Below, in pieces: positions 1-11,281 of a stretch of 64,000 nt of DNA (its first letter is position 1; the number at the start of each line of letters is the position of its first letter). Below the pieces are notes generated by a model. That model saw only the letters and a program-made list of their open reading frames with translations. It made no database searches and was not told the origin of the DNA. The translations under genes were made by a program, and so were the position numbers. The stretch covers positions 8,641 through 72,640 of the forward strand of contig CAXFAF010000003.1 of NCBI GenBank assembly GCA_964001285.1, written 5' to 3'. The DNA is from an uncultured bacterium (GTDB taxonomy: Bacteria > Pseudomonadota > Alphaproteobacteria > MED-G09).

Positions 1-78
1 GCAGCTCATAATGAGATGTTGCTTGGTGAAAGTGATGACAATCCAGAGGTTTCCGATGAAGGAAAGGTTTTAATTTAG
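1..78 (+). CDS. 3' end of an ORF entering from upstream; by position probably acetolactate synthase large subunit
   Basis: Frame 1 is open from base 1 to TAG at 76-78 (...EVSDEGKVLI*). Only 25 codons are visible. The assignment rests on large subunit-ilvH-ilvC synteny (1-nt spacer to ilvH), not on a motif. Confidence 0.45.
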   Translation, partial: AAHNEMLLGESDDNPEVSDEGKVLI

Positions 79-79
79 T

Positions 80-1637
<1,558 letters not shown>

Positions 1638-1689
1638 TTTTCTTGAATAAATACAAATTTTCATGCATTTATCTTTCAAAGGTAATGAA

Positions 1690-1826
1690 ATGAAACAACT
1701 AAGTTTAAATAGAAAGTTATTTGATAATGATGCCTCATCATTAAACAATCAAACTTTGCTTGTTTCAAATTTACTAGCATTACTCCTGATCTGCCTCTGA
1801 GATACTTTTTTTGTAATTCTCAGAGG
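1690..1826 (+). promoter_or_regulatory. candidate leucine leader peptide (36 codons, 1690-1800) plus 9-bp hairpin (1794-1802 / 1818-1826) upstream of leuA
   Basis: uORF MKQLSLNRKLFDNDASSLNNQTLLVSNLLALLLICL* has 12 Leu in 36 codons and 6 Leu in the last 9, using CTA/CTC/CTG. AAAGG lies 7 nt upstream of its ATG. Its TGA stop lies inside the 5' arm CCTCTGAGA of the hairpin. Confidence 0.5.
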
Positions 1827-1859
1827 TAAAAAACAAATTCATTAATATTGGAGTAAGTT

Positions 1860-3407
1860 ATGAGTAAAGAAGAAAACTATATAAAAATTTTTGACACAAC
1901 CCTTCGGGATGGTGAGCAGTCACCAGGAGCATCCATGTCTCTTGATGAAAAACTGCAAATTGCAGAAATTTTTGATGAAATGGGAATTGATATAATTGAA
2001 GCAGGTTTTCCTATTGCTTCAAATGGTGATTTTGAAGCTGTCAGTGAAGTTTCAAAAATTATCAAGAATGTGAAAGTTTGTGGACTTTCTAGGGCTGGTC
2101 AAAAGGATATTGATAGGGCAGGAGAGGCTTTAAAGCTAGCAAAGAATCCTAGAATACATACCTTTATTTCAACTAGTCCAGTTCATATGGAATATAAACT
2201 TCAAATGAGTGAAGAAGAGGTGCTTGATGCTATAAATTTTTCAGTATCTAGAGCGAGAAATTTGGTTGATGATGTTCAGTGGTCTGCTGAAGATGCGACA
2301 CGGACTGATAGGGAATTTTTATTTAAATGTGTCGATATGGCAATTTCATCGGGTGCAACAACAATTAATATTCCTGATACAGTTGGATATACTACCCCAG
2401 ATGAGTATTATGAAATTATAAGTTCATTGATAAACAATATCCCTTCATCTGACAAAGTAATTTTTTCTACACATTGTCATAATGACTTAGGACTTGCTGT
2501 AGCAAATTCTTTATCTGGTGTTAGAGCTGGGGCAAGACAAATTGAATGCACTATGAACGGCATAGGTGAAAGAGCAGGTAATGCAGCTTTAGAAGAAATA
2601 GTTATGTCTATGAAAGTGAGAAGTGATATTTTAAATTATAAATCAGATGTTGATACTACTCTTTTTACAAGAGCTTCAAAATTAGTTTCTTCGGTTACAT
2701 CGTTTCCAGTTCAATACAATAAAGCTATTGTTGGAAAAAATGCGTTTGCTCATGAATCAGGAATCCATCAAGATGGTATGCTTAAAAATAATGAAACATA
2801 TGAGATTATGACTCCAGAAAGTATCGGTCTAAATGAATCGACATTAGTCATGGGCAAACATTCAGGAAGACATGCTTTTAAAGAAAAAGCCAAAGAGTTA
2901 GGATATTTACTTGCAGACAATCAGTTAAATGATGCTTTTTATAGATTTAAAGACTTAGCGGATAAAAAAAAGGAAGTATTTGATGATGATATTATTGCTT
3001 TAATTGATGATGAATACTCGAAAGGTTTAGATGTAATAAAATTGATTTCTTTATTTATTCAAGCTGGCACAGAAGGGCCTCAATATGCAGATCTTACATT
3101 AGATTTTGATGGAAAGATCGTTCAAAAGAAGTGTGAAGGTGATGGGCCTGTAGATGCTTTATTTAATGCTATAAAAGCTATTGTACCACATACAGCCAGT
3201 TTACAACTATATCAAGTTCATGCTGTTACGGAAGGAACTGATGCACAAGCAGAAGTTAGTGTAAGATTGCACGAATCAGGTAAGACAGTTATTGGAAGAG
3301 GTGCTGATACAGATACTTTAGTCGCTTCTGCAAGGGCATATATAAGTGCTTTAAATCGATTAATGGTTAAAAGAGAAAAAAATGTACCCGAGGAGATAGC
3401 GAATTAA
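1860..3407 (+). CDS. leuA: 2-isopropylmalate synthase
   Basis: 515 aa with the FDTTLRDGEQSPG and HCHNDLGLAVANS motifs and a C-terminal LeuA dimerisation/regulatory domain. Confidence 0.95.
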   Translation: MSKEENYIKIFDTTLRDGEQSPGASMSLDEKLQIAEIFDEMGIDIIEAGFPIASNGDFEAVSEVSKIIKNVKVCGLSRAGQKDIDRAGEALKLAKNPRIHTFISTSPVHMEYKLQMSEEEVLDAINFSVSRARNLVDDVQWSAEDATRTDREFLFKCVDMAISSGATTINIPDTVGYTTPDEYYEIISSLINNIPSSDKVIFSTHCHNDLGLAVANSLSGVRAGARQIECTMNGIGERAGNAALEEIVMSMKVRSDILNYKSDVDTTLFTRASKLVSSVTSFPVQYNKAIVGKNAFAHESGIHQDGMLKNNETYEIMTPESIGLNESTLVMGKHSGRHAFKEKAKELGYLLADNQLNDAFYRFKDLADKKKEVFDDDIIALIDDEYSKGLDVIKLISLFIQAGTEGPQYADLTLDFDGKIVQKKCEGDGPVDALFNAIKAIVPHTASLQLYQVHAVTEGTDAQAEVSVRLHESGKTVIGRGADTDTLVASARAYISALNRLMVKREKNVPEEIAN

Positions 3408-3424
3408 CCATTAAGGAGATCTTC

Positions 3425-4471
3425 TTGAAGAGTATTTTCAATTTTTTAAGTTCTGATTTAGCAATTGATTTAGGGACCGTAAATACTCTTATATATTTAA
3501 AAGAAAATGGTGTTGTTTTAAATGAGCCTTCAGTATTAGCAATAGATACATCTGAAAGAAAAATGAATATATTGGCTATAGGAAATAAAGCCAAAAAGAT
3601 GGTAGGAAGAACGCCAGAGAATATAAAAACAGTTACTCCAATGCAGGAGGGTGTAATTGCAGATTTTTTGGCTGCAGAGGAGATGATAAAATATTTTATT
3701 AAAAAATCTTCCGATAGTAGAAAATTATTTAGTCCTAAGCTTATTATTTGTGTTCCCGCCAATTCTACTCCAGTAGAAAGAAAAGCTATTTTAGAAACTG
3801 GTCTTGCTGCGGGCGCAAGAAAAGTATATCTCATAGAAGAACCTTTAGCAGCTGCAATCGGCGCTAATCTCCCTATTATGGAAGCAAAAGGTTCGATGAT
3901 TATTGATATAGGTGGAGGTACAACTGAAATTGCAATTATTTCTCTTGGTGGTGTTGTATTTTCTAAGTCTATAAAAGTTGGAGGAAATAAATTTGATGAA
4001 TCAATAATTTCTTATTTAAGAAGAAATGAGAATATTTTAATTGGAGAAGTTACTTCGGAAGATCTTAAAAAAAATATTGGTTCAGGAATAATTCCAAAAC
4101 ATGGTGAAGGTAAAAAAATGAGAATTAAAGGTAGAGAGATTACTGAAGGTGTTCCTGTTGAGAAAGATATTTCTGAGAGACATGTTGCTGAAAGCCTTGC
4201 AGAACCGCTTTTTGAAATTGTTGAAGCTATTAAAGAAGCCCTTGAATCAGCTCCCCCTGAACTTACCGGTGATATATATGATGATGGCGTAATGCTTACT
4301 GGAGGAGGCTCCTTGTTAAAAAACACTGATATAGTAATTGAAAAGGCAACAGGGTTAAAAGTAAAATATGCTTCTGATCCATTATTATCTGTTGCTAATG
4401 GATCTGGAAAAGTATTAGAAAATATTAGAACTATGAGAAAGTCCTTAAGTTCAACTTATGCCAGTTATTAG
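3425..4471 (+). CDS. mreB: rod shape-determining actin homologue MreB
   Basis: The N-terminus DLAIDLGTVNTLIY and blocks DIGGGTTEIA and LTGGGSLL match MreB. A TTG start is required (no in-frame ATG nearby), with AAGGAG 6 nt upstream. Confidence 0.92.
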   Translation: MKSIFNFLSSDLAIDLGTVNTLIYLKENGVVLNEPSVLAIDTSERKMNILAIGNKAKKMVGRTPENIKTVTPMQEGVIADFLAAEEMIKYFIKKSSDSRKLFSPKLIICVPANSTPVERKAILETGLAAGARKVYLIEEPLAAAIGANLPIMEAKGSMIIDIGGGTTEIAIISLGGVVFSKSIKVGGNKFDESIISYLRRNENILIGEVTSEDLKKNIGSGIIPKHGEGKKMRIKGREITEGVPVEKDISERHVAESLAEPLFEIVEAIKEALESAPPELTGDIYDDGVMLTGGGSLLKNTDIVIEKATGLKVKYASDPLLSVANGSGKVLENIRTMRKSLSSTYASY

Positions 4472-4492
4472 CGGAATCAGTTTAAATAAACT

Positions 4493-6280
4493 ATGTATGA
4501 AAAAAACAACGACATAAACCGTCGTGTATTTTTTGTGGGCGGCGGAATGGTTTTACTTTCCTCATTCCTTCTTTCTAGGTTGTGGAGCCTTCAAATAAAT
4601 CAAAATAATAAGTTTTCTCTACTATCTGATAAAAATCGTATTAGATTAGTTCCGGTAAATCCTAAAAGAGGAAACTTTTTTGATAGGAACGGACAGCCTT
4701 TAGCAATTAATACATCCAATTTTAAGTTAATATTTAATCCGAATAAATCATTATTAAATGAAGAATTAATACAAAAGATCTCTCAGCATATAAGTTTAAA
4801 CTCTAATGAGCTAAAAAGAATAAATAAATCATTAAGAAAAAACTCCAACGGTAAGATCAATATTAAAGATAACCTAACCATTGAAGAGATTTATTTATTA
4901 AATAATTTGGATGTCGATTTCCAACATTTCCAAGTAGAGGATGATTCAAAAAGATCATATTTAGATTCGACAAGTTTTTCTCATGTAATTGGGTATATAG
5001 GTGAGGTTAATAATAAAAATTCGAACAGAACTGTTATTTCTGGTGTTGTAGGTCTAGAGGCAAGATACAATGATATTTTATCCGGCCATCTTGGGCACAT
5101 AAAAACGGAAGTTAATTCATCAGAAAAGAATGTTCGTGTTCTAGAAAAAAACCAAGCTATTGACGGGCAAGATATCATCTTAACTATTGATAAAAATCTT
5201 CAAAAGGATGTTTTTTCTATAATGGGTAAAAATACTGGTGCCGCAACAGTCATGAATGTACAAAATGGAGAGTTACTTGCCTTATGTTCTACCCCAAGTT
5301 TTGATAACAATAAATTTATTGATGGTTTTAGCGTAAAAGAATGGGATGAATTATCGAATAATGAAAAAAATCCATTCTTAAATAAAGCCATTAATGGCGA
5401 ATATCCTCCAGGTTCTACATTTAAAATTGTAACCGCTTTAGCTGGTTTGGAAGAAGGCCTTCTTAACCCTAACGATAAGATTTTTTGTGAAGGAAAAACA
5501 ACTTATGGAGATAGAGATTTTCATTGTTGGAAGGACAAAGGACATAAAGAAGTAGATTTAAGAAAAGCCATTAAAGAGTCTTGTGATGTTTATTTTTATA
5601 GTCTTGCTAGTAAATTAGGAGTTAAAAAGATAAGTAAAATGGCGTTTCGTTTAGGTTTAGGAAAAAATTATAATTTAATAAGCAATAATGAAAGAAAAGG
5701 ACTTCTTCCTACAAGAGAATGGATAAAAAATAATTTAAATAATAAATGGAATTTGGGGGATACCTTAGTAGCTGGTATAGGGCAGGGATATATTTCTGCG
5801 ACTCCAATTCAGTTAAATGTAATGATAGCCATGATTGCAAATAAAGGGTTTTATATTGAACCTAGTATTATTAAATCTCCCAAAATTAAAGAAAAAAGAA
5901 GATTAACAAAACCAGCAGGGTTTAATTTTGATAATGTTGATCTTATAAGGAATTTACTTGATATAGCCGTTAATGAAAGCGGAAGTAATGCCTATTCTAG
6001 CAGAATTATAAAAAATGACTGGAGAATGGCCGGGAAAACAGGAACTTCTCAGGTAAAAGAGATAACCGCTGAGGAAAGAAATCAAGAGGTAATTATTTCA
6101 AAGAATTGGGAAGAAAGAGACCATGCTCTTTTCGTTGGCTATGCACCAACAAAAAAACCTAAATATGCCGTTTCAATAGTTATTGAACATGGAGGATCAG
6201 GAAGTCAAAAAGCTGCCCCATTAGGAAGAGATATATTATTAGCCTGTCAAAATATTAAAGGCTCTAGATATAGGGTTTAA
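4493..6280 (+). CDS. mrdA: penicillin-binding protein 2 (elongasome transpeptidase)
   Basis: 595 aa with an N-terminal TM anchor and the PGSTFK (SxxK) and KTGTSQ (KTG) motifs. Followed by rodA. Confidence 0.9.
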   Translation: MYEKNNDINRRVFFVGGGMVLLSSFLLSRLWSLQINQNNKFSLLSDKNRIRLVPVNPKRGNFFDRNGQPLAINTSNFKLIFNPNKSLLNEELIQKISQHISLNSNELKRINKSLRKNSNGKINIKDNLTIEEIYLLNNLDVDFQHFQVEDDSKRSYLDSTSFSHVIGYIGEVNNKNSNRTVISGVVGLEARYNDILSGHLGHIKTEVNSSEKNVRVLEKNQAIDGQDIILTIDKNLQKDVFSIMGKNTGAATVMNVQNGELLALCSTPSFDNNKFIDGFSVKEWDELSNNEKNPFLNKAINGEYPPGSTFKIVTALAGLEEGLLNPNDKIFCEGKTTYGDRDFHCWKDKGHKEVDLRKAIKESCDVYFYSLASKLGVKKISKMAFRLGLGKNYNLISNNERKGLLPTREWIKNNLNNKWNLGDTLVAGIGQGYISATPIQLNVMIAMIANKGFYIEPSIIKSPKIKEKRRLTKPAGFNFDNVDLIRNLLDIAVNESGSNAYSSRIIKNDWRMAGKTGTSQVKEITAEERNQEVIISKNWEERDHALFVGYAPTKKPKYAVSIVIEHGGSGSQKAAPLGRDILLACQNIKGSRYRV

Positions 6281-6284
6281 AATT

Positions 6285-7427
6285 ATGAATCAAAATCTTG
6301 GACAAAATTTAATTTATAAAGAAAGAAATTTCTTTGAGAGAATATCGAGAATAAATTATGGAATACCATTTTGTTTAATAATTTTAGGTTCGACCGGCGT
6401 GCTAATGCTGTTTTCGGTTTCTGGCGGAGTGTATAACGATTTGGTTTTTAATCATATAATACGTCTTTTGATAGGTTTTTGTTTTTTTCTTTTTTTTTCT
6501 TTTATAAGTTTCAGAATTCTAAGAATAATTTCTCCACCGATATATTTCTTGATTCTGATGATGCTATTTTGGTTATATTTTTTCGATACTAATAATGTAT
6601 CAAGGTGGGTAAATTTAGGTAATACAAGTTTTCAGCCATCAGAATTCTTAAAATTTATCTTAATTATTACTATCGCTTCCTATTATAGTTTTTTTGGAGA
6701 AAATAAATCAAAGAAGTTAAGGTACAGTATTGCCCCTATTTTTTTAATTACGCTTCCTGCTTTTTTAATTATTAATCAACCAGACCTTGGAACGGCTATT
6801 TTAATTCTCATAGCTGGTTTTGCTACTATTTTTTTCTCAGGATTGTATTTAAAATGGGTATTTTTTGGTTCTCTATCAGTGTTTGCATCTATTCCGTTGA
6901 TAATAAATAATCTTAAGCCTTATCAGATGAAAAGATTAGAAGTTTTCTTTGATCCTGAAAAAGATCCTTTTGGTTCTGGTTATCATATTATTCAGTCAAA
7001 AATAGCAATAGGTTCTGGGGGATTGACAGGTAAAGGTTTTATGAACGGTACCCAAAGTAAATTAAATTTTCTTCCAGAAAAACATAATGATTTTATGTTA
7101 GCAGTTTTACTTGAAGAGACAGGTTTAATTGGAGGCATATTTATTTTTTCTATCTTTTTATATTTAATAATAATTTCCGTACACACATCAATTATAGCGA
7201 GAAGTCGATTTAGTTCTATAGCATGCGGAGCTATTGCGGTTTTGATTTTTTTATATTTCTTTATAAATTGTGCGATGATCACTGGTTTAATTCCTATTGT
7301 AGGAGTTCCAATTCCGATGTTATCTTATGGGGGATCGGCGATAATTTCTATGTGTGCAGCTATGGGCTTTGTCCTTAATGCGAGACTGAATAGGGATGTG
7401 AGGATAGAAAGTTTTCTTGATGGATAA
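6285..7427 (+). CDS. rodA: SEDS-family peptidoglycan glycosyltransferase RodA
   Basis: 380 aa polytopic membrane protein with the FtsW/RodA blocks QPSEFLK, NQPDLGTA and PIPMLSYGGSA. Confidence 0.9.
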   Translation: MNQNLGQNLIYKERNFFERISRINYGIPFCLIILGSTGVLMLFSVSGGVYNDLVFNHIIRLLIGFCFFLFFSFISFRILRIISPPIYFLILMMLFWLYFFDTNNVSRWVNLGNTSFQPSEFLKFILIITIASYYSFFGENKSKKLRYSIAPIFLITLPAFLIINQPDLGTAILILIAGFATIFFSGLYLKWVFFGSLSVFASIPLIINNLKPYQMKRLEVFFDPEKDPFGSGYHIIQSKIAIGSGGLTGKGFMNGTQSKLNFLPEKHNDFMLAVLLEETGLIGGIFIFSIFLYLIIISVHTSIIARSRFSSIACGAIAVLIFLYFFINCAMITGLIPIVGVPIPMLSYGGSAIISMCAAMGFVLNARLNRDVRIESFLDG

Positions 7428-8250
7428 AGAGTTACATCCAATTGATCAAATAATTGAGGAAAGATGCCCCAAACTCATGAGAAATAAATTTTTCTGGTCG
7501 TTGGTTAGGCCTACAATTTATAAAGTCTTTAAATATCAGACAGCAAAAAATATAACCGATGATATTTCCAATAAGTCAGGTTATGGTTGTTTTGAATATC
7601 TAACAAATCTTCTTAATTTTAATCTAGAAATTAAGAATCTGAACAATATCCCAAAAAAAGGCCCAATAATATTAGCAGGAAACCATCCTACAGGCTTAAC
7701 TGATGGAATTGTTATGTTTGAAGTCCTAAAAGACAGAAGACCTGATTATACTCTTTATGCCAATATTGACATGATAAAGTTATCCAAAGGATTTGAAGAC
7801 ATAATAATCCCGGTAGACTGGAACGAAAAAAATAAAACCGCGCAAAAGAGTAGAGAAATTTTAAAAAGAACTAAGATGACTCTTAATAAAGGAAATTGTT
7901 TGTTGGTATTTCCTTCTTCAAGGCTTTCAAAAAGGGTAGGGCTTAAATTAATTGAAAGGCCATGGCTGAATACAATTATCAAATTGTCTAAAAAATATAA
8001 TGCTCCAATAATTCCGTTCCATATGACGGGTCATAATTCTCTTTTTTATTATTTTTTAGATATTTTTAATGAGGAGCTTAAAAATATTAGTTTATTTAGT
8101 GAACTTGTTAATAAAAAAGAGTTTAAATATAAAATTACTTTTGGAAAAATAATTGATCCAGATTCTTTGAAGGCTGATCTCCAAAAAGAAACTGAGAAAA
8201 TACAAAAATATGTAGAATTTACTCTTGGTAAACCGCCTCTAATCTTGTAA
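7417..8250 (+). CDS. lysophospholipid acyltransferase (PlsC-like) family protein
   Basis: 277 aa. GNHPTGLTDG matches the HX4D acyltransferase motif and VFPSSR matches block III. Overlaps the rodA stop by 11 nt. Confidence 0.6.
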   Translation: MMDKELHPIDQIIEERCPKLMRNKFFWSLVRPTIYKVFKYQTAKNITDDISNKSGYGCFEYLTNLLNFNLEIKNLNNIPKKGPIILAGNHPTGLTDGIVMFEVLKDRRPDYTLYANIDMIKLSKGFEDIIIPVDWNEKNKTAQKSREILKRTKMTLNKGNCLLVFPSSRLSKRVGLKLIERPWLNTIIKLSKKYNAPIIPFHMTGHNSLFYYFLDIFNEELKNISLFSELVNKKEFKYKITFGKIIDPDSLKADLQKETEKIQKYVEFTLGKPPLIL

Positions 8251-8282
8251 TTTTAAGGGGTCAATAATTTTAAGAGGAACAA

Positions 8283-9554
8283 ATGAAGGAAGTTTCAAAA
8301 AACCCTGAAAATTATAATCTTTTAGATCCAAAAGTTATTGAGAGCCCTTACGATGCTTATGCAGCATATAGAGAGAATGCCCCAGTTTATTTAAGCCCCG
8401 ATACGGGGTTTTATATTGTTACCAAATATGATGATTTAAAAAGAGTTCTGACTGATTATGAATTTTTTTCTAGAGACATAGCCGCCTATTGGGAAAAGAA
8501 TGTTAAGAAAAAGAAGAAAGGGTATTGGAAGCATGGAAATAGTGTAGGAAAGGTTTTTCAAGAAAAAGGATGGCGTCAGGTTCCTTGTTTTGGAGCGGAA
8601 CCGCCCCACCATACAAGATTCAGAAAGGCGGCTAACCCATCTTTTACCGCTAGCAGGGTTAAAAAAATGGAACCCTACATAATAAATCTAATTAACGATT
8701 TAATAGATACCTTTATAAATGATGGAGAGGTAGAATTTGTAACCCAGTTTTGTATTCCGCTTCCAATGAATGTTATTCAAGATAGACTTGGGTTTCCTAA
8801 GGAAGATTTACCAAGACTTAAGGCTTGGTCCCAAGACACATCTTCAGGATTAAGTCAGATGTTAAGTGAAGAAGAGGAGATTGCGTGTGCAGAGCGATTA
8901 GTTCAATTTCAGCATTACATGGTTAAAACATTTGAAGAAAAGAAAAAGAATCCTAAAGATGATATTATTTCCGATCTTGTTCACTATGTTGATGAAGATG
9001 ACAATCATTTAAAAACTGAAGAACTAATATCAATTGTAAGTGATTTAAATATTGGAGGAAATGAAACAACCACCGATTCATTGGGAAGTGGGATGTTAAT
9101 GCTTATGCAGAAGAGAAATAAACTAGATGATTTGTTGTCAGGAAAAGCAAAATTTAAAAACTTTATTGAAGAAATTATCCGCTTGGAAACCCCCGTTCAA
9201 AGTTTATTTAGAAGAGTAAGAAAAGATGTAGAGATTTCAGGAGTCATTGTTCCTGAAGGATCTATAATAGATATGCGCTTTGGTGCCGCGAACAGAGACG
9301 AAGATCAATTTAATTGTCCAATGGAAATGGATTTAGAAAGAAAAAATCCTGGGAAACATTTAGCTTATGGTACAGCTCATCATCATTGTATAGGTGCGCC
9401 ATTAGCTCGTCAGGAAATGCGTTTGGCTTTTGAAATCCTTCTAACAAGGCTTAAAAATATCCAACTTTCAGAGGATAAAAATGATTTATTGCATCGTTCC
9501 CATTATGCCTTAAGAGGACTTAACAAATTACACTTAACCTTTGAAAAAGCTTAA
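8283..9554 (+). CDS. cytochrome P450
   Basis: 423 aa with I-helix NIGGNETTTDS, ExxR (EIIRLETP) and the heme-thiolate loop YGTAHHHCIGAPLA. Confidence 0.9.
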   Translation: MKEVSKNPENYNLLDPKVIESPYDAYAAYRENAPVYLSPDTGFYIVTKYDDLKRVLTDYEFFSRDIAAYWEKNVKKKKKGYWKHGNSVGKVFQEKGWRQVPCFGAEPPHHTRFRKAANPSFTASRVKKMEPYIINLINDLIDTFINDGEVEFVTQFCIPLPMNVIQDRLGFPKEDLPRLKAWSQDTSSGLSQMLSEEEEIACAERLVQFQHYMVKTFEEKKKNPKDDIISDLVHYVDEDDNHLKTEELISIVSDLNIGGNETTTDSLGSGMLMLMQKRNKLDDLLSGKAKFKNFIEEIIRLETPVQSLFRRVRKDVEISGVIVPEGSIIDMRFGAANRDEDQFNCPMEMDLERKNPGKHLAYGTAHHHCIGAPLARQEMRLAFEILLTRLKNIQLSEDKNDLLHRSHYALRGLNKLHLTFEKA

Positions 9555-10300
9555 AGAATCTTAGGGATAATTATTTTTCTGTCTGAAGGATATTCTTCAA
9601 ACTTTTGTTTATACCATCTGTGATGACTAATTGCCCTTGGCACAAGATTGAAGATGGTCCAAAAGAAAAATACAACACCGGAAATACTCCAAGTAAGAAT
9701 AGCCCAACCAAGCCATTCAATGATTTCCCCAAGATAATTTGGGCTTGTTATATATTTATAAAGACCGCCTTGAGGTATTTGATAATTGCCCTGTGAATTC
9801 TTCGATAGTTTCATTAGTAAATTATCTGAATGAATATTTATTATCATACCAATAATGAAAATTAAAAAACCTATAATAAATACAGGTTCAAAAAACCACG
9901 ATGTATCATACTGTTTATCCATTAAGAAAAACCAGTATCCGTGAAAAAAAGTGTTAATTGCATTAAAGGCAAAAGCCATTAATGCAACTAGAAGAGGCAT
10001 TGAGCCATCTTTTTTTATCCTTAAGGGCCAAACAATACTTCGGTTAAAATAATGTATTGACCAAATAGCCAGAAAGAAAATAAGCACTATATTCTGAAAA
10101 CCATTATACCAAAAATAATATATCCACATGAGATACAATGCTGGGCTTTCCATTAAAATCCAACCAACTTTCTTTGGAAGCGAGTACCCCCAACCGGCCC
10201 TTAAATGTCTTCCATAAGGGGCGCTAATTATAAGAAGAGTAAAAAATGTTATTACACCAATCGCTATCCATATATTTATAAGAATTTCATACATTTTCAT
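9551..10300 (-). CDS. steroid 5-alpha-reductase / DUF1295-like polytopic membrane oxidoreductase
   Basis: 249 aa, multi-TM. The C-terminal block ITSPNYLGEIIEWLGWAI is typical of the 3-oxo-5-alpha-steroid 4-dehydrogenase family. Confidence 0.65.
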   Translation of the reverse strand: MKMYEILINIWIAIGVITFFTLLIISAPYGRHLRAGWGYSLPKKVGWILMESPALYLMWIYYFWYNGFQNIVLIFFLAIWSIHYFNRSIVWPLRIKKDGSMPLLVALMAFAFNAINTFFHGYWFFLMDKQYDTSWFFEPVFIIGFLIFIIGMIINIHSDNLLMKLSKNSQGNYQIPQGGLYKYITSPNYLGEIIEWLGWAILTWSISGVVFFFWTIFNLVPRAISHHRWYKQKFEEYPSDRKIIIPKIL

Positions 10301-10350
10301 TTCTAGGTTAACATAGGGAATTAAAGAGTGATTCTTAAATAAAGGAAATT

Positions 10351-11274
10351 ATGTCGAGAAAAATATGGATAAATGGATCTTATGTTAATTGGGAAGATGC
10401 TTCTGTGCATATTTTGTCACATTCACATCAAAGAGGGTCTTTAATATTTGGTTTTACCCCCATATTTGAAAATGATAATGGTACTCATATTTTTCGATTG
10501 GATAAACATACCGATAGACTCTTTAAATCCTGTGAAACCGCAGGAATTCCTTTGAATTACAGTAAGGATGAAATAAAGGACGGCATTATTGATACTGTTC
10601 GAACAAATCCTGGAAGCAAATTCATAAAGATAAGTGTTTATATTGCCTCCGTTGAGATTGATGTTGTGCCTCAGGACCCTTTCACAACAGTTGCTATAGC
10701 TGCCTACGAGCCTCAGGAAGATATTATTGAAAAGAATTCGCAACCTTTTCATAGTTCTCAGGAGTTAAGTGTATGGGTTGAGAAAGTCCGCCATCAAAGA
10801 CGACCGGATATTATCGATCCCCAGGTCAAGATTGCAGCTAATTATACATCCCCAATGATGGCAAAATGGGAAGCTAGAAAAAACGGATATGATGAAATTA
10901 TTCTTACAGATAGTGAAGGATATGTAACTGAAGCGCCAACTTCCAATGTTTTTATTGTCAGTTCCGATGGCGTACTGATGACCGCTCATGAAGATGATAT
11001 TTTGCACGGAATTACGAGAATGAGCATTCTTGAAATAGCTGAAGATGAAGGGTTAAAAGTAAATGTCGGAAAGGTTCCTTTAAAAGATCTTGAAGAGGCG
11101 AGGGAAGTTTTTGTCACTTCCTCTTCTCACCTTGTATGCCCTGTTATTAAAATTGACGGAAACCCTGTTGGTGACGGAAAAGTTGGAGAGATTACTAATC
11201 TCTTAAAACAACGCTTTCAAGAAGTTATTAGTGGAAAAGATAATAAGTTTCAGGAATGGTTGTATAAAATTTAA
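10351..11274 (+). CDS. class IV (branched-chain / D-amino acid) aminotransferase
   Basis: 307 aa with a fold-type IV pattern, including EAPTSNVFIV and GITR. Confidence 0.75.
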   Translation: MSRKIWINGSYVNWEDASVHILSHSHQRGSLIFGFTPIFENDNGTHIFRLDKHTDRLFKSCETAGIPLNYSKDEIKDGIIDTVRTNPGSKFIKISVYIASVEIDVVPQDPFTTVAIAAYEPQEDIIEKNSQPFHSSQELSVWVEKVRHQRRPDIIDPQVKIAANYTSPMMAKWEARKNGYDEIILTDSEGYVTEAPTSNVFIVSSDGVLMTAHEDDILHGITRMSILEIAEDEGLKVNVGKVPLKDLEEAREVFVTSSSHLVCPVIKIDGNPVGDGKVGEITNLLKQRFQEVISGKDNKFQEWLYKI

Positions 11275-11281
11275 TTAAGAT

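Noticed and set aside
1794-1826. The hairpin as the ilvC intrinsic terminator, or as a canonical leuA attenuator terminator
   Set aside because: It lies about 160 nt after the ilvC stop and has no 3' U tract on either strand. It is reported only as part of the leader-peptide candidate.
3367-3834. 155-aa minus-strand ORF overlapping the leuA end and the mreB start (also 4012-4326, 4981-5178, 5200-5391, 6992-7282, 7755-7982)
   Set aside because: These ORFs are antisense to genes with strong motif support. They have low-complexity Ser/Phe/Leu/Ile-rich translations, no ribosome-binding sites and no recognisable domains. They are typical shadow ORFs.
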